Assembly (NCBI GenBank): GCA_025352065.1
Contig: JANXUC010000011.1
Coordinates: 517-64,516, forward strand
Origin: Acidobacteriaceae bacterium
Lineage (GTDB): Bacteria; Acidobacteriota; Terriglobia; Terriglobales; Acidobacteriaceae
Reading direction: 5' to 3'
Length of the DNA stretch: 64,000 nucleotides
The notes beneath the pieces were generated by a model. The model saw nothing but the letters and a program-made list of their open reading frames with translations. It was not told the origin of the DNA and made no database searches. Of this stretch, positions 48,722 through 59,294 are shown piece after piece; position 1 is the first letter of the stretch; every line of letters begins with the position of its first letter. The position numbers and the translations under genes are program-made.

Positions 48722-51337
48722 CTAGGCGGTCGCCTTCTCCGCCAGCTCCGCCTTCAGCGCCTTCCGCAATTTTTCCCTCGCTTGCACGCTCAGCTTTTCT
48801 CCGGTGGACGTCAGATAGAACACATCAATCGCCATCTGCCCTTCGGTATCGATCAGCGCGATTTCGATGTTGCACTTCTGCTCGGCAAGCTGTGCGCCAA
48901 TGGCGTAGAGAAGTCCGGGGCGATCTTGCGCGATCACTTCCAGCAACGTGCTGTGGCTGGAACACTCGTTGTCGAACTCGATGCGGGTCGCAATCTGCAC
49001 TTTCTGGGTGTGATTCTTGTGTGCCCGCTTGCGGTCATGCTGCAGCGTCGAAAGCGGGACTTCGCCGCTGAGCACATCGCTCAAGCTGCGCTGGAAGCGA
49101 TCCCACTCCGGCAGGTTGAGTTCCAGAGTACGAAATGGATCGGTGAAGTGGAGTGTGTCCACAACGACTCCAGAGCCATTGGAAAATGCGCTCGCCTTCA
49201 CAATGTTCATGCCCCAACTTGCCAGCACGCCGCCGATGGTGGCAAACAGGGCAGGCCGATCCTTGGTGACCACACTCAGCTCATACCACTGACGCCCACG
49301 TTCCACCCGAATTTGCACGGGATCGTTGCTTAGTTTGCCCGCCATCTCAACGTGCCGCAGCACGGTTTCGGAGGGATAGGTCCGCAGATAGCGCTCGGGC
49401 AAGCCATCGAGGAATTCCTTCAGCTTTTTCCCTAACTTCGGAGCCAGCAGGCGCATGCGCGCCAATTGGTCTTCACTGGTATCGGTATCGGTGCCGAGAC
49501 GACGGTCGGCGCTCTTACTGAGATAATTCGCCGCGCCCATGTAGAGCTGATAAATATTTTCCGCTTTCCAGGGTGTCAGAGCTTCGGGATTGACGGACTT
49601 GATGTCGGTATAAGTCATCAGGCACATCATCTTCAGCCGCTCTGGCGTTCCCATTTTTTCCGCGAAGGCCTTCACCGTTTGCGGATCAAACACATCGCGC
49701 CGCAATGCCGCCGACATCTCTAAATGGCCACCAATCAGGAACAATACAGCATCCTGCTCGGCAGGTTCGAGGTCAAGACGTGTCAAGCAACTCTGCGCAG
49801 CCTCCAGGCTAGTCACCACGTGATTGTCGCCGGGCATGCCTTTTCCCACATCATGCAGCAGCAATGACAGGTAGAGCAGCTCGGGCTGTTCCAATTCAGC
49901 CAGGAGCTCGGCAAAGTGTTTATCCCACGCGCCAGGCGCTGTTGGGAGCTTGTGTAGATGCTCAATCGCTAACAGTGAGTGCTCGTCCACCGTGTAGCGA
50001 TGATAAAAATCGCGAATCACAAGCGCATCGATATGTTCGAACTCGGGCAGAAGCAGCGTCAGCAATCGTAGCGAGTGCATGGAGCGCAGCGCATCGGCCG
50101 CGTGCGGCTCTACCAGAATGTCCCGCAGCTTGCGCCATACCGCCGCGCCCTGCGGAGGAGCCAAGGCCAGCTGCGGCAGCACCTGTTCGATGCGATGAGC
50201 TGTGGTCGCGCTCAGGCGTAAACCATGATGCGCCATAAATTGGAACACGGAGAGCACAAACTCGGCGTCCCGCAGCGACGATGGCTGCTGCAGATAAATC
50301 AAGCCGTCGACAACCGAAAAATCCGTATTCGAAACACGCGAGCGCCAGCTTTGAAATTGCCGCAGCAGGGAAGAGCGGGCCGCGGGAATCTCATCCAAAA
50401 GCTGGGTGGCTAACCCATAAATCGAGCGCGCATGACGGAAGTACGTTCGCATCCAGGACTCGGCCGTGATGGGTTCGTCTCCGCCAATGCCAATGCGGCG
50501 TGCAGCGGCTTCTTCCTGCGCTTCCCATGTCAAAGTGTTGTCGTCGCGGTTGTGGCGATAGTGCAGGAAGCAGCGTACGGACATCAGGAAATCATGCGCC
50601 TGCTCGAAGGGAAGCCGCATTGGCTCCGGTAAAGTTTCCCCTTCCGGCCAGCGCCGCAGTTGATCCATCGCCGAGATCAACGTCAGCCAATGAACTAAGT
50701 TGTAGTCCCGCAGCCCGCCGGGACCGTCTTTCATGTTCGGCTCCAAATGAAAAACAGTGTGGCCAGCCTTGGCGTGACGGTTGCGTGTGATTTCCGAAAG
50801 CCGTTCGACGAGTGGCTGATATTCCCGCATGATCAATTTCGGAACAAGCTTTTCTCGCAGCCGCCCAAAGAGCTCGCGGTCGCCCGCCAGATAGCGACAG
50901 TCCAGCAGGGAAATCGGAAACTCCAGGTTGTCGCGATCAAAACGCTCGCACTCGGCGAGCGTACGCGTCGCTGGGCTTAGGCGCAGTCGCAGGTCCCACA
51001 TGTCTTGCGAAAATTGCCGAATGCGGTCGCGGAACGCATCTTCGGACCAAGCTCCGTCATGCAAAAACAACAAATCCACATCTGACTGCGGTAGCAGCGT
51101 GCCACGCCCATAGCCGCCCAGAGCCACCAGCGCAAACCGAACCGGCCCGCCGTCCTCCGACGAGATACATTCCTTCCACAAGCGCTGGCAAAGACTATCC
51201 ACCAAGGCGGAGCGCCCCCGTGCCATCGCCATACCGTCGCCGTTTGCAGCAAACTCCTGTTGCAAACGCACCGACCCATCCGCGTAGATGGACCGTAATT
51301 CAGCGCCAAGAGAAGGTAAGGAACTCACAGTGGTCAT
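48722..51337 (-). CDS. glnD: [Protein-PII] uridylyltransferase/uridylyl-removing enzyme GlnD
   Basis: An 871-aa protein with an N-terminal nucleotidyltransferase ([21 protein letters not shown]), an HD domain (LLLHDVGK) and two C-terminal ACT domains. Confidence 0.92.
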   Translation of the reverse strand: MTTVSSLPSLGAELRSIYADGSVRLQQEFAANGDGMAMARGRSALVDSLCQRLWKECISSEDGGPVRFALVALGGYGRGTLLPQSDVDLLFLHDGAWSEDAFRDRIRQFSQDMWDLRLRLSPATRTLAECERFDRDNLEFPISLLDCRYLAGDRELFGRLREKLVPKLIMREYQPLVERLSEITRNRHAKAGHTVFHLEPNMKDGPGGLRDYNLVHWLTLISAMDQLRRWPEGETLPEPMRLPFEQAHDFLMSVRCFLHYRHNRDDNTLTWEAQEEAAARRIGIGGDEPITAESWMRTYFRHARSIYGLATQLLDEIPAARSSLLRQFQSWRSRVSNTDFSVVDGLIYLQQPSSLRDAEFVLSVFQFMAHHGLRLSATTAHRIEQVLPQLALAPPQGAAVWRKLRDILVEPHAADALRSMHSLRLLTLLLPEFEHIDALVIRDFYHRYTVDEHSLLAIEHLHKLPTAPGAWDKHFAELLAELEQPELLYLSLLLHDVGKGMPGDNHVVTSLEAAQSCLTRLDLEPAEQDAVLFLIGGHLEMSAALRRDVFDPQTVKAFAEKMGTPERLKMMCLMTYTDIKSVNPEALTPWKAENIYQLYMGAANYLSKSADRRLGTDTDTSEDQLARMRLLAPKLGKKLKEFLDGLPERYLRTYPSETVLRHVEMAGKLSNDPVQIRVERGRQWYELSVVTKDRPALFATIGGVLASWGMNIVKASAFSNGSGVVVDTLHFTDPFRTLELNLPEWDRFQRSLSDVLSGEVPLSTLQHDRKRAHKNHTQKVQIATRIEFDNECSSHSTLLEVIAQDRPGLLYAIGAQLAEQKCNIEIALIDTEGQMAIDVFYLTSTGEKLSVQAREKLRKALKAELAEKATA

Positions 51338-51580
51338 CTAGCCTCGATGTCGTTCGGAGTTCGAGCAAAAAACAGCCCGAAGCCGTTGTTCGGGGAAAGC
51401 GGAAGGCCTAGATTCACTGTAGGGGCAGAAGGAGCTTAAGGGAAATTGAAACTATTGATCGGTCCGATTCAGCCACGTTATGAGAGCCCACGCATTCCGT
51501 TTAACTAGTTGATGTTAAGCGAGTTAGGGTAAGGCAGACGCCATTGGGCCGGTCCTGACTCTTTCCGCTTGCCAGCTGCT

Positions 51581-51626
51581 TTTAGATTGGCCTAAAATCT
51601 ATAAGGATAGAAATAAAGATAGAAAG
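51581..51626. promoter_or_regulatory. Putative vapBC operator region
   Basis: An inverted repeat TTTAGATT..AATCTATAA (51581-51604) is followed by direct repeats GATAGAAA (51606-51613 and 51618-25), immediately upstream of the vapB ATG. Confidence 0.45.
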
Positions 51627-51632
51627 GTAGAT

Positions 51633-51878
51633 ATGCTGAATGTAAAAGACCCTGAGGCTCATCGTCTTGCTCAAGCCATTGCTCGAGTCACAGGGGAGAC
51701 CATGACTCGCGCTGTCACCGAGGCTCTGCGGGAGCGCTATGAACGCCTCCAGCGTCGCAGTCCGGACACTCTGGCCGCCGACCTCCGGGCCATTGCAAAA
51801 CGGGCGGCCGCTCACATCCAGCGTCCCTATATTAACCATGCCGAGCTGCTCTACGACGAGCACGGCCTACCCAAATGA
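51633..51878 (+). CDS. vapB: VapB-type antitoxin (FitA/Rv0623-like)
   Basis: An 81-aa protein beginning MLNVKDPEAHRLAQAIARVTGETMTRAVTEALRERY. It has a 4-nt overlap with the PIN gene. Confidence 0.8.
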   Translation: MLNVKDPEAHRLAQAIARVTGETMTRAVTEALRERYERLQRRSPDTLAADLRAIAKRAAAHIQRPYINHAELLYDEHGLPK

Positions 51879-52264
51879 TTCTCGATACTTCGGCACTGAT
51901 CGCTGTCTTGGGGGACGAACCGGATGCGGATCTTTATATTCAGGCGATGAGTCGTGCAGAGCAATGCCGCATCTCTGCGGGCAACTTCATCGAACTTGGG
52001 TTGGTAATCGAGAGTCAATTTGGGTTGGAAGTGAGCCAGCAGTGTGACGCGCTGTTCCGCCGTGCTGGCATTGTCATCGAACCAGTCACCGTGGAGCAGG
52101 CGCACATTGCCCGGCAAGCCTCCCACGATTTTGGCAAGGGTCGCCACCCGGCGGCACTGAATTTCGGAGACTGCTTCGCATACGCGTTCGCGAAGTCTGT
52201 GAATGAGCCACTGCTCTTCAAAGGCGAAGACTTCAGGAAGACCGACGTCCTATCCGCTCTATGA
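51875..52264 (+). CDS. vapC: VapC PIN-domain ribonuclease toxin
   Basis: A 129-aa protein with MILDTSALIAVL (first acidic Asp) and the later conserved acidic residues (..FGDCFAYA..). Confidence 0.88.
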   Translation: MILDTSALIAVLGDEPDADLYIQAMSRAEQCRISAGNFIELGLVIESQFGLEVSQQCDALFRRAGIVIEPVTVEQAHIARQASHDFGKGRHPAALNFGDCFAYAFAKSVNEPLLFKGEDFRKTDVLSAL

Positions 52265-52277
52265 CCTAGGCGTCGCG

Positions 52278-52760
52278 CTAGCCGAGCCCCTCGCTGCTCC
52301 AAGGCTCTAAATCCCTCCGCTTCACCGGAGAGGACAGCACTACCGATGTCGAAGTTGTCCCGTAAGGCGTTAGGCGGTCAATCAGCGACTCCAGGTGCTG
52401 TACGGAGCGTACGGCCACCTTCATAATGAACGAATCGCTGCCCGTGCCCCGATGGCACTCCAGGACCTCGGGAGCGTCCTTTACCACCGCCGCCACCTTC
52501 GCGAATACGTCTCCCACAACGCTCATGCGAATGAACGCCAGCACCGGCAATCCCATCTTCGCGGCGCTTACCTCAGCGCGGTAACCCGTAATGATTCCAG
52601 CGGCTTCCAGTTTGCGCACGCGCTCGATCACGGCCGGAGTGGTGAGATTCACGCGACGCGCAAGTTCCGCAAAACTCCAGCGCCCATGTTGTTGCAAATA
52701 GTGGAGAAGCTTGCGGTCGATGGCATCCAACTGTCCTTCACTTTCTAAAGTAAATTCCAT
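52278..52760 (-). CDS. Lrp/AsnC family transcriptional regulator
   Basis: An N-terminal HTH (DAIDRKLLHYLQQHGRWSFAELARRVNLTTPAVIERVRKLE) and a C-terminal RAM/AsnC ligand domain. It is divergent from hppD. Confidence 0.9.
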   Translation of the reverse strand: MEFTLESEGQLDAIDRKLLHYLQQHGRWSFAELARRVNLTTPAVIERVRKLEAAGIITGYRAEVSAAKMGLPVLAFIRMSVVGDVFAKVAAVVKDAPEVLECHRGTGSDSFIMKVAVRSVQHLESLIDRLTPYGTTSTSVVLSSPVKRRDLEPWSSEGLG

Positions 52761-52763
52761 AAT

Positions 52764-52779
52764 ATGCTTAGTAAAGCAT
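52764..52779. promoter_or_regulatory. Perfect palindrome ATGCTT-AGTA-AAGCAT in the lrp/hppD divergent promoter region
   Basis: A 16-nt inverted repeat 4 nt upstream of the lrp start, in an AT-rich 86-nt intergenic region. A related TGCTTTAGT copy follows. This is a plausible Lrp-type operator. Confidence 0.5.
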
Positions 52780-52858
52780 TGCTTTAGTGGCAGATAGTAT
52801 TAGTTTACTCATTCTTCTGTACTTTTTGCCACTGCAAGGTTAAAAATTGAATTCACAT

Positions 52859-53992
52859 ATGACCGTTCTCTCGAAGACAGAATCTATTAAGAATACGCCT
52901 GCGCAAAATCCGCTGAAGCTGAAGCGGATTCACCATGTCGAGCTGTGGGTGGGAAACGCCAAACAATCGGCGTTTTACTACCGTAAAGCCTTTGGTTTCT
53001 CGCAGATGGCTTATGTTGGCCTGGAGACTGGGGAACGTTCGCATACTTCGTACGCCATGGCGGAAGGCAAAGCGCAAATTGTACTGACCTCGCCGTCGGA
53101 ACTCGATCATCCTGCCAACGAGTTCATGAAGAAACACGGCGACGGCGTGCGCGACATCGCGCTCGAAGTCCCCGATGCGGACGCCGCTTTTCATGAAGCG
53201 GTGCGCCGCGGAGCCAAGCCGTTTTATGAGCCGAAAATTATGAAGGACGAATACGGCTCCGTTTGCCGAGCCGCTGTGCACACCTATGGCGACGTTATTC
53301 ATTCGCTGATCTCGAATATCGACTACAAGGGCCCGTTTCTGCCCGGGTACAAGGTCGCGTCGGCGCCAGCGGAATCAGTCGGAATTCTGCGCATCGATCA
53401 CATTGTGGGCAACGTAGAGCTTGGCAAGATGCGGCTGTGGGCCGACTGGTATTCCGATGTATTCGGATTCACCCGCTTCATTACGTTTGACGACAAAGAT
53501 ATTTCCACCGAATACAGCGCACTGATGAGTATTGTGATGTCCGACGATTCGCATTCGGTGAAGTTTCCGATTAACGAGCCCGCGAACGGACGTAACAAGA
53601 GCCAGATTCAGGAATATCTCGACTGCAATTCCGGGCCGGGCGTGCAGCACGTCGCGTTGGCCTGCAAGGATGTTGCGGAAACTGTTTCCAAGCTGCGCGC
53701 CAACGGCATTGAATTCCTCAGCGTGCCTGCAAGTTACTACGATGCGCTTCCGGAACGCATTGGCGATATTTTGACGGCGGAAGAATCTCAGCGAGTGCGC
53801 GAACTCGGCATCCTGGTTGATAAGGACGAGGAAGGACACCTGCTGCAGATTTTTACCAAGCCTGTGGAGGACCGCCCTACACTGTTTTATGAGATCATCG
53901 AACGCCGCGGGAGCCGTGGTTTTGGTAAAGGCAATTTCAAGGCGCTGTTTGAATCAATCGAGCGGGAACAAGCGTTGCGCGGGAATTTGTAA
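52859..53992 (+). CDS. hppD: 4-hydroxyphenylpyruvate dioxygenase
   Basis: Two VOC-fold modules are present. The conserved stretches are [47 protein letters not shown] and [15 protein letters not shown]. The track ORF starts at a TTG at 52847. Confidence 0.92.
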   Translation: MTVLSKTESIKNTPAQNPLKLKRIHHVELWVGNAKQSAFYYRKAFGFSQMAYVGLETGERSHTSYAMAEGKAQIVLTSPSELDHPANEFMKKHGDGVRDIALEVPDADAAFHEAVRRGAKPFYEPKIMKDEYGSVCRAAVHTYGDVIHSLISNIDYKGPFLPGYKVASAPAESVGILRIDHIVGNVELGKMRLWADWYSDVFGFTRFITFDDKDISTEYSALMSIVMSDDSHSVKFPINEPANGRNKSQIQEYLDCNSGPGVQHVALACKDVAETVSKLRANGIEFLSVPASYYDALPERIGDILTAEESQRVRELGILVDKDEEGHLLQIFTKPVEDRPTLFYEIIERRGSRGFGKGNFKALFESIEREQALRGNL

Positions 53993-54084
53993 GGATACTT
54001 TCGGGTATCCGCAGCGACAGCGGATTCTTCAGGGCTGAAGCCCTTCGGAATGACAAAATCATAAGGATAGGTTTCGGAGGACTT

Positions 54085-55383
54085 CTGGTAGATCAAGCTC
54101 TGTGCTATCAATCCGGCTTCGGCAACGAGTTCGCAACGGAAGCAGTTGCGGACGGGCTGCCTGTGGGACAGAACTCTCCCCAGAAGCATGCACTTGGCCT
54201 GTATGCGGAACAACTGAGCGGAACCCCCTTTACCGCGCCGCGTTCAGCCAATCGACGGTCGTGGTTGTACCGCATCCGTCCCTCGGTTGTGCACAAGCCG
54301 TTTGCGCCGATTGCGGATCACGGTTTGCTGCGCTCGACTCCGTTTGATGAGGTTCCAGCGACGCCGAACCAGTTGCGCTGGAGTCCGTTTGAAATTCCAA
54401 AACAGCCTGTCGATTTTGTGCAGGGACTCCGTACCCTCGGCGGCAATGGCGACCTGCAAATTCACGCTGGCTTCGCGATTCACGTTTACGTCGCGAACAA
54501 GTCGATGACGGAGCGTTTCTTCTCGAACTCCGACGGAGAAATGCTGATTGTTCCGCAATTAGGCCGCCTGCGTGTGATCACCGAGTTGGGAATTTTGGAA
54601 GTTGCGCCGTGTGAGATCTGCGTGATCCAGCGTGGCATCAAGTTTCGCGTTGAATTGCCGGATGGTCAGGGCCGCGGTTATGTTTGCGAAAACTACGCTG
54701 GGTTGTTCCGTTTGCCTGACCTTGGACCTATCGGGGCAAACTGCTTGGCGAACTCGCGTGACTTCCTCACCCCGGTTGCGGCTTACGAAGATTGCGAAGG
54801 CCACCATGAGGTCATCACAAAATTTCAAGGCAAACTGTGGTCCGCCGAGTACGATCACTCGCCGCTGGATGTTGTGGCGTGGCACGGGAATTATGCGCCT
54901 TACAAGTACGATCTGAACCGTTTTAACACCATCGGTTCGATTAGTTTTGATCATCCCGACCCGTCGATTTTTACTGTGCTGACTGCGCCTTCGGATATTC
55001 CTGGAACGGCGAATGTTGACTTCGCTATTTTTCCGCCGCGCTGGCTGGTCGCGGAGAACACGTTTCGTCCGCCCTGGTTTCATCGCAACTTCATGAATGA
55101 GTTTATGGGCCTGGTCAGCGGCGAATACGATGCCAAAGCGGAAGGCTTTGCACCTGGCGGAGCGAGTCTGCATAACTGCATGGCTGGTCATGGTCCCGAT
55201 GCGGAAACCTACGAGCGCGCAACGCAGGTGGAGCTAAAACCCATGCATATTGTTGATACTATGGCTTTCATGTTTGAAACTCGCTACGTGGTGCGACCCA
55301 CCAGGTACGCCATGGATACCACCGAACTGCAGGGCGAGTATTTTGAGTGCTGGCAGGGATTGAAGAAGAATTTTAAGCCGTAG
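54085..55383 (+). CDS. hmgA: Homogentisate 1,2-dioxygenase (start codon uncertain and non-canonical)
   Basis: The conserved N-terminus [49 protein letters not shown] is encoded from 54106, upstream of the first canonical start (GTG 54163). The cupin core is intact. Confidence 0.85.
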   Translation: MVDQALCYQSGFGNEFATEAVADGLPVGQNSPQKHALGLYAEQLSGTPFTAPRSANRRSWLYRIRPSVVHKPFAPIADHGLLRSTPFDEVPATPNQLRWSPFEIPKQPVDFVQGLRTLGGNGDLQIHAGFAIHVYVANKSMTERFFSNSDGEMLIVPQLGRLRVITELGILEVAPCEICVIQRGIKFRVELPDGQGRGYVCENYAGLFRLPDLGPIGANCLANSRDFLTPVAAYEDCEGHHEVITKFQGKLWSAEYDHSPLDVVAWHGNYAPYKYDLNRFNTIGSISFDHPDPSIFTVLTAPSDIPGTANVDFAIFPPRWLVAENTFRPPWFHRNFMNEFMGLVSGEYDAKAEGFAPGGASLHNCMAGHGPDAETYERATQVELKPMHIVDTMAFMFETRYVVRPTRYAMDTTELQGEYFECWQGLKKNFKP

Positions 55384-55399
55384 CATTCTTGCGAGCTCA

Positions 55400-56335
55400 A
55401 TGTCCTCCGCTTCCTCCAACCCGTCTGGTCGTCCATCCGAGAGGGGTTCCGCCGCGCTGCGAGCGTTACTCGCCGGCCTGATCGACTATGCGGGCACGTT
55501 TCCGCCGGCAAAGCTATCTTTGGAACAAGCTGCGCGCAATTTCGTGAATTATCTGCACGGGCCGGACGCCTGGATACTGGGAAAGTTCGTAGTGCCTGCC
55601 GGGCAAATCAGCCATTTGCAGGATTTGTTGCGAACGAATCCCGAAGCCAGCCACCTCTCGCTTCCGCTCTCGGTGCTGCTGGGTGCCGAACCACAGCGCG
55701 ATGCGGAGTTAGTGCGCAAGATGATCGCAGCTAACGAGGCGAGTTCGGTGGTTTCCGTGGATGCTATCGAGTTTCGTCCCGGCTCTCCCAGTATGATTGC
55801 GGAAATATTTGCAGTGCTGCCGAAGAATGTCCCCGTATTCTGTGAAGTTCCAGTTGAGGAATATATTCCAGACTGGCTTGCCGCTATCCGGCGCGCAGGG
55901 TGGTCGGCGAAGATTCGCGCGGGAGGAGTAACGCCAGAGCTCTTTCCGTCGTCGCCGAAAGTGGCGGAGTTTATCGTGCAATGCCAGCGACACGGCGTGC
56001 CTTTCAAGGCGACGGCAGGCCTACATCATCCGGTACGTTCAGAACGCTCCCTCACTTACGAACCCAACAGCGCCTGCGGCGTTATGCACGGATTTCTTAA
56101 TGTTTTTCTCGGCGCTACGTTTGTGGAGTGTGGAATTTCAACGGAACAGCTGATTCAGATTCTCGACGACACACAGGCCGAGAATTTTAAATTTTCCGGG
56201 CAATCGGCGTATTGGAATAAGCTTTTTGTAAGCGTGGACGATCTGGTGACGACCCGCCAACGTTTCGCAATTTCATTCGGCTCGTGTTCCTTTGAAGAAC
56301 CTGTTTTAGAGCTGCAACAGCTTGGTCTCTTATGA
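55400..56335 (+). CDS. Conserved-looking hypothetical protein embedded in the homogentisate operon
   Basis: A 311-aa ORF that starts 16 nt after hmgA and has an ATGA overlap with fahA. Notable motifs are KIRAGG and FKATAGLHHP. No family is recognised. Confidence 0.75.
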   Translation: MSSASSNPSGRPSERGSAALRALLAGLIDYAGTFPPAKLSLEQAARNFVNYLHGPDAWILGKFVVPAGQISHLQDLLRTNPEASHLSLPLSVLLGAEPQRDAELVRKMIAANEASSVVSVDAIEFRPGSPSMIAEIFAVLPKNVPVFCEVPVEEYIPDWLAAIRRAGWSAKIRAGGVTPELFPSSPKVAEFIVQCQRHGVPFKATAGLHHPVRSERSLTYEPNSACGVMHGFLNVFLGATFVECGISTEQLIQILDDTQAENFKFSGQSAYWNKLFVSVDDLVTTRQRFAISFGSCSFEEPVLELQQLGLL

Positions 56336-57651
56336 TTGCTGGCATTAATGCGACGCATAATCCCGACAAGAAAAGTTGGATCGCGTCGGCGAATTTACCG
56401 GACGCTGATTTTCCTTTGCAGAATCTTCCCTTCGGACGCTTTCGTCGAGTAACTTCAGATAAATCACCAAGAATCGGCGTGGCCATTGGGGACCAGATTC
56501 TTGACCTGGCTGCCTGCGCCGAGCAGGGCCTGCTGGAGGCAGCGGGCGGCATTGTGGTTCGCGCCTGCCAGGATACTTCCATCAATGCCTTGATGCGGAC
56601 GGGCTCGCAGGCAGCTTCGTCGTTGCGCAGTTCGCTTCATGACTTATTGGTCGAGGACAGTACCCGACAGGCCGCTGTCTCAAGGAATCTTCTTGGTATC
56701 GCGGAGACGGAACTCTTTGTGCCATCGAAGATTGGCGGGTATACGGATTTTTACGCTTCGATTCACCACGCGACGAACGTAGGCCGCCTCTTCCGCCCTG
56801 ACAATCCACTTCTGCCGAATTACAAGTATGTTCCAATTGCGTACCACGGGCGGTCGTCTTCCATTGTGGTGAGCGGCACTCCCGTGGTCCGGCCCAGCGG
56901 ACAACAACGTTCTGGAGAAAACGATCTCAGGTTCGCTCCCAGTCGCAGGCTTGACTACGAACTGGAAGCTGGCTTGTACATTGGGCAGGGCAATGCTCTG
57001 GGTACTCCAATTCCAATTACAGAATCAGCCCAGCATATTTTTGGCTTCAGCCTGGTGAACGACTGGTCCGCCCGCGACATCCAGTCTTGGGAATATCAAC
57101 CGCTGGGTCCGTTTCTGGGGAAGAATTTTGGGACTACCGTTTCTCCCTGGATCGTTACTTCGGAAGCGCTGGCGCCATTCCGCGTGGCCGCAAACCCCCG
57201 CCCAGCAGGCGATCCAGCTCCCTTACCATATCTGTTCGCAGAGGAAGATCAGCAGCACGGCGCGCTCAACATCGAGCTTGAAGTTTTGATCGCGAGCGAA
57301 AAGATGCGGCAGCAGGGAATTGCTCCGCACCGATTGAGTTGTGTGAACTTCAACACGATGTACTGGACCCCGGCGCAGATGGTTACGCATCACGCCTCGA
57401 ATGGCTGCAATCTGGAGCCCGGTGATTTGTTGGCCAGCGGCACGGTTTCAGGTCCGGAGCCAGGTTCGCTGGGCAGTTTGCTGGAAATCACCAAAGGCGG
57501 TCGCGATCCGTTTACTGTTCCGAGCGGCGAAACGCGGACGTTTCTTGAAGATGGCGACGAAGTCATTCTGCGCGGATCATGCTCTGCCCCGGGATTCCGG
57601 CGTATTGGCTTCGGAGAATGCCGCGGAGTGATTCTTCCTGCGCGTGTTTAG
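56332..57651 (+). CDS. fahA: Fumarylacetoacetase
   Basis: A 439-aa protein with a FAH N-terminal domain (..FPLQNLPFGRF..) and the catalytic C-terminal domain (GYTDFYAS, IAYHGRSSS, DYELE, FGFSLVNDWSARD, GDLLASGT). Confidence 0.92.
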   Translation: MIAGINATHNPDKKSWIASANLPDADFPLQNLPFGRFRRVTSDKSPRIGVAIGDQILDLAACAEQGLLEAAGGIVVRACQDTSINALMRTGSQAASSLRSSLHDLLVEDSTRQAAVSRNLLGIAETELFVPSKIGGYTDFYASIHHATNVGRLFRPDNPLLPNYKYVPIAYHGRSSSIVVSGTPVVRPSGQQRSGENDLRFAPSRRLDYELEAGLYIGQGNALGTPIPITESAQHIFGFSLVNDWSARDIQSWEYQPLGPFLGKNFGTTVSPWIVTSEALAPFRVAANPRPAGDPAPLPYLFAEEDQQHGALNIELEVLIASEKMRQQGIAPHRLSCVNFNTMYWTPAQMVTHHASNGCNLEPGDLLASGTVSGPEPGSLGSLLEITKGGRDPFTVPSGETRTFLEDGDEVILRGSCSAPGFRRIGFGECRGVILPARV

Positions 57652-57826
57652 ATGCATCTCCAAGAGGGTGCGAGGGCGAGTTGCCTCGTGACCGCGGCAC
57701 TTGACTTGTTTCTGCGCGCCATGTCTCGTAGGCTGGAGCCAACTTGGGGGCGTGCCGAGGAATCCTGTTTCCCCTCCCACTCCAGAATCGATTTTAAGTC
57801 AGCTTAATTCGAAGGAGATCTTTACG

Positions 57827-59242
57827 ATGAACAATCTATTGCGCAACACTCGTCTAATGCGCAGCACGGTGGTTACGATTTCTGCATTGTTGCTGCTTGC
57901 CGCTGCGGGCAGTGCCCAGGATCGCTGGCAAATTGTTCGTGCTCAGTACGGCACGGGAACCCGCTGGGCGGATGTAACGCTTCGGGTGCAATCGTTGGTT
58001 CGCAATGGCGTGCTCGATTTCCGGGTAAGCCACGACAGCCTTGATGCCGACCCGGCGGAGGGCCAACGCAAAAGCTTGCGCCTTGATGTGCGCAACGGTC
58101 GCGGCCTGGTTCGTCAGATTGTATTTGCGGATAACAGACAGGTGCATTTGCTTGTCACCGGAGACGGTGGAACCTCTTACCCGCCCGGTCTGCAGATCAA
58201 CAGCGCGCAATACGGCGCGTCTCATATGACCGACGTTACAGCGCGGCTGGCGTCGCTGGTGCGAGACAACAGCCTAAGCCTGCGAGTGGCCTACGACACG
58301 ATTGGCGTCGATCCGGACGAGGGTCGCACAAAACATCTCGACGTCAACTACACCTACAACGGCGTTCCAGGCCACGTCACGCTACGCGATGGCGAGACTC
58401 TGAATCTGCCGGACGCTAGTATAGTTGGCATCGGCGGTGGCCTCCGTATTCTAACAGCGGAATATGGCACAGGCTACCGTTTGATCGATGTTACGTCTCG
58501 TCTGAATGCGCAAGTCCAGAGCAGCACACTTGAGTTGCGCATTACCAATGACAGCATGGGAGGTGATCCCGCCCATGAAGAAGCCAAATGGCTGGATGTC
58601 TGGTATGTCTTTAACGACCGCGCCGGGCATGTGAAGGTGCATGAGAAAGATGTGCTCACGCTACCGGGGACAGGCGACACAAACTACTACCAGAACGGTC
58701 TCCAGATTACGCGCGCACAGTTCGGGGCGGACTATCGTTTCGCGGACGTCACGAGCCAGCTCAACTCCCAACTTCAAGGCGGCAATAGCCTTAGTCTCCG
58801 GATCACGAATGACGCCATGGGTGGAGATCCGGCTCCCGGAGAGCGCAAGGTTCTTACCGTGTTCTATATTTATAACGGACGCTCGGGGCGCGCCTTCGCC
58901 AACGAAAATGATGTGCTGATTCTTCCCGTCGGAACCACGACCGTGCGGGGTGACCGCGACGACGATGATGACGACTATTATCGACGCTATTGGCCGGGAC
59001 GGTCCGCGACAGAACTGCGAGTCCTGCGAGCCAGTTGGGGTGCCGGAGGTCAACAGCGCGACGTCACTAGCCAGCTCAATCAGCAGGTACAGGGAAATCG
59101 CCTGAATGTCGCTGTGAACGACGGTAGTATGGGCGGAGACCCAGCGCCAGGCGCGGAGAAGCGTTTACGCGTGGTCTACATGTTTCGCGGGCTGCGTTAT
59201 GAAACTAACGTTCCTGAGGGTGGAGTGTTGGCGCTACCGTAG
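57827..59242 (+). CDS. Secreted protein made of five tandem ~75-aa modules (DUF3395-like pattern)
   Basis: GAAGGAGA RBS, ATG at 57827 and a signal peptide ending AGSAQ. The module consensus is [IL]xIxxAxYGxxxxxxDVTxxLxxxVxxxxLxLR[IV]xNDxMGGDPAPGxxKxLxVxYxxxG....LxLP, repeated five times. The track ORF starts at 57701. Confidence 0.8.
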   Translation: MNNLLRNTRLMRSTVVTISALLLLAAAGSAQDRWQIVRAQYGTGTRWADVTLRVQSLVRNGVLDFRVSHDSLDADPAEGQRKSLRLDVRNGRGLVRQIVFADNRQVHLLVTGDGGTSYPPGLQINSAQYGASHMTDVTARLASLVRDNSLSLRVAYDTIGVDPDEGRTKHLDVNYTYNGVPGHVTLRDGETLNLPDASIVGIGGGLRILTAEYGTGYRLIDVTSRLNAQVQSSTLELRITNDSMGGDPAHEEAKWLDVWYVFNDRAGHVKVHEKDVLTLPGTGDTNYYQNGLQITRAQFGADYRFADVTSQLNSQLQGGNSLSLRITNDAMGGDPAPGERKVLTVFYIYNGRSGRAFANENDVLILPVGTTTVRGDRDDDDDDYYRRYWPGRSATELRVLRASWGAGGQQRDVTSQLNQQVQGNRLNVAVNDGSMGGDPAPGAEKRLRVVYMFRGLRYETNVPEGGVLALP

Positions 59243-59256
59243 AGTTACTGTGCTTT

Positions 59257-59289
59257 GAGTAGCGCCGGCAAGATCGGCCAGCGCTACTC
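59257..59289. terminator. Hairpin between convergent genes (possible terminator)
   Basis: GAGTAGCGC-(15 nt)-GCGCTACTC. No clear U-tract on either strand. Confidence 0.35.
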
Positions 59290-59294
59290 AGCCC

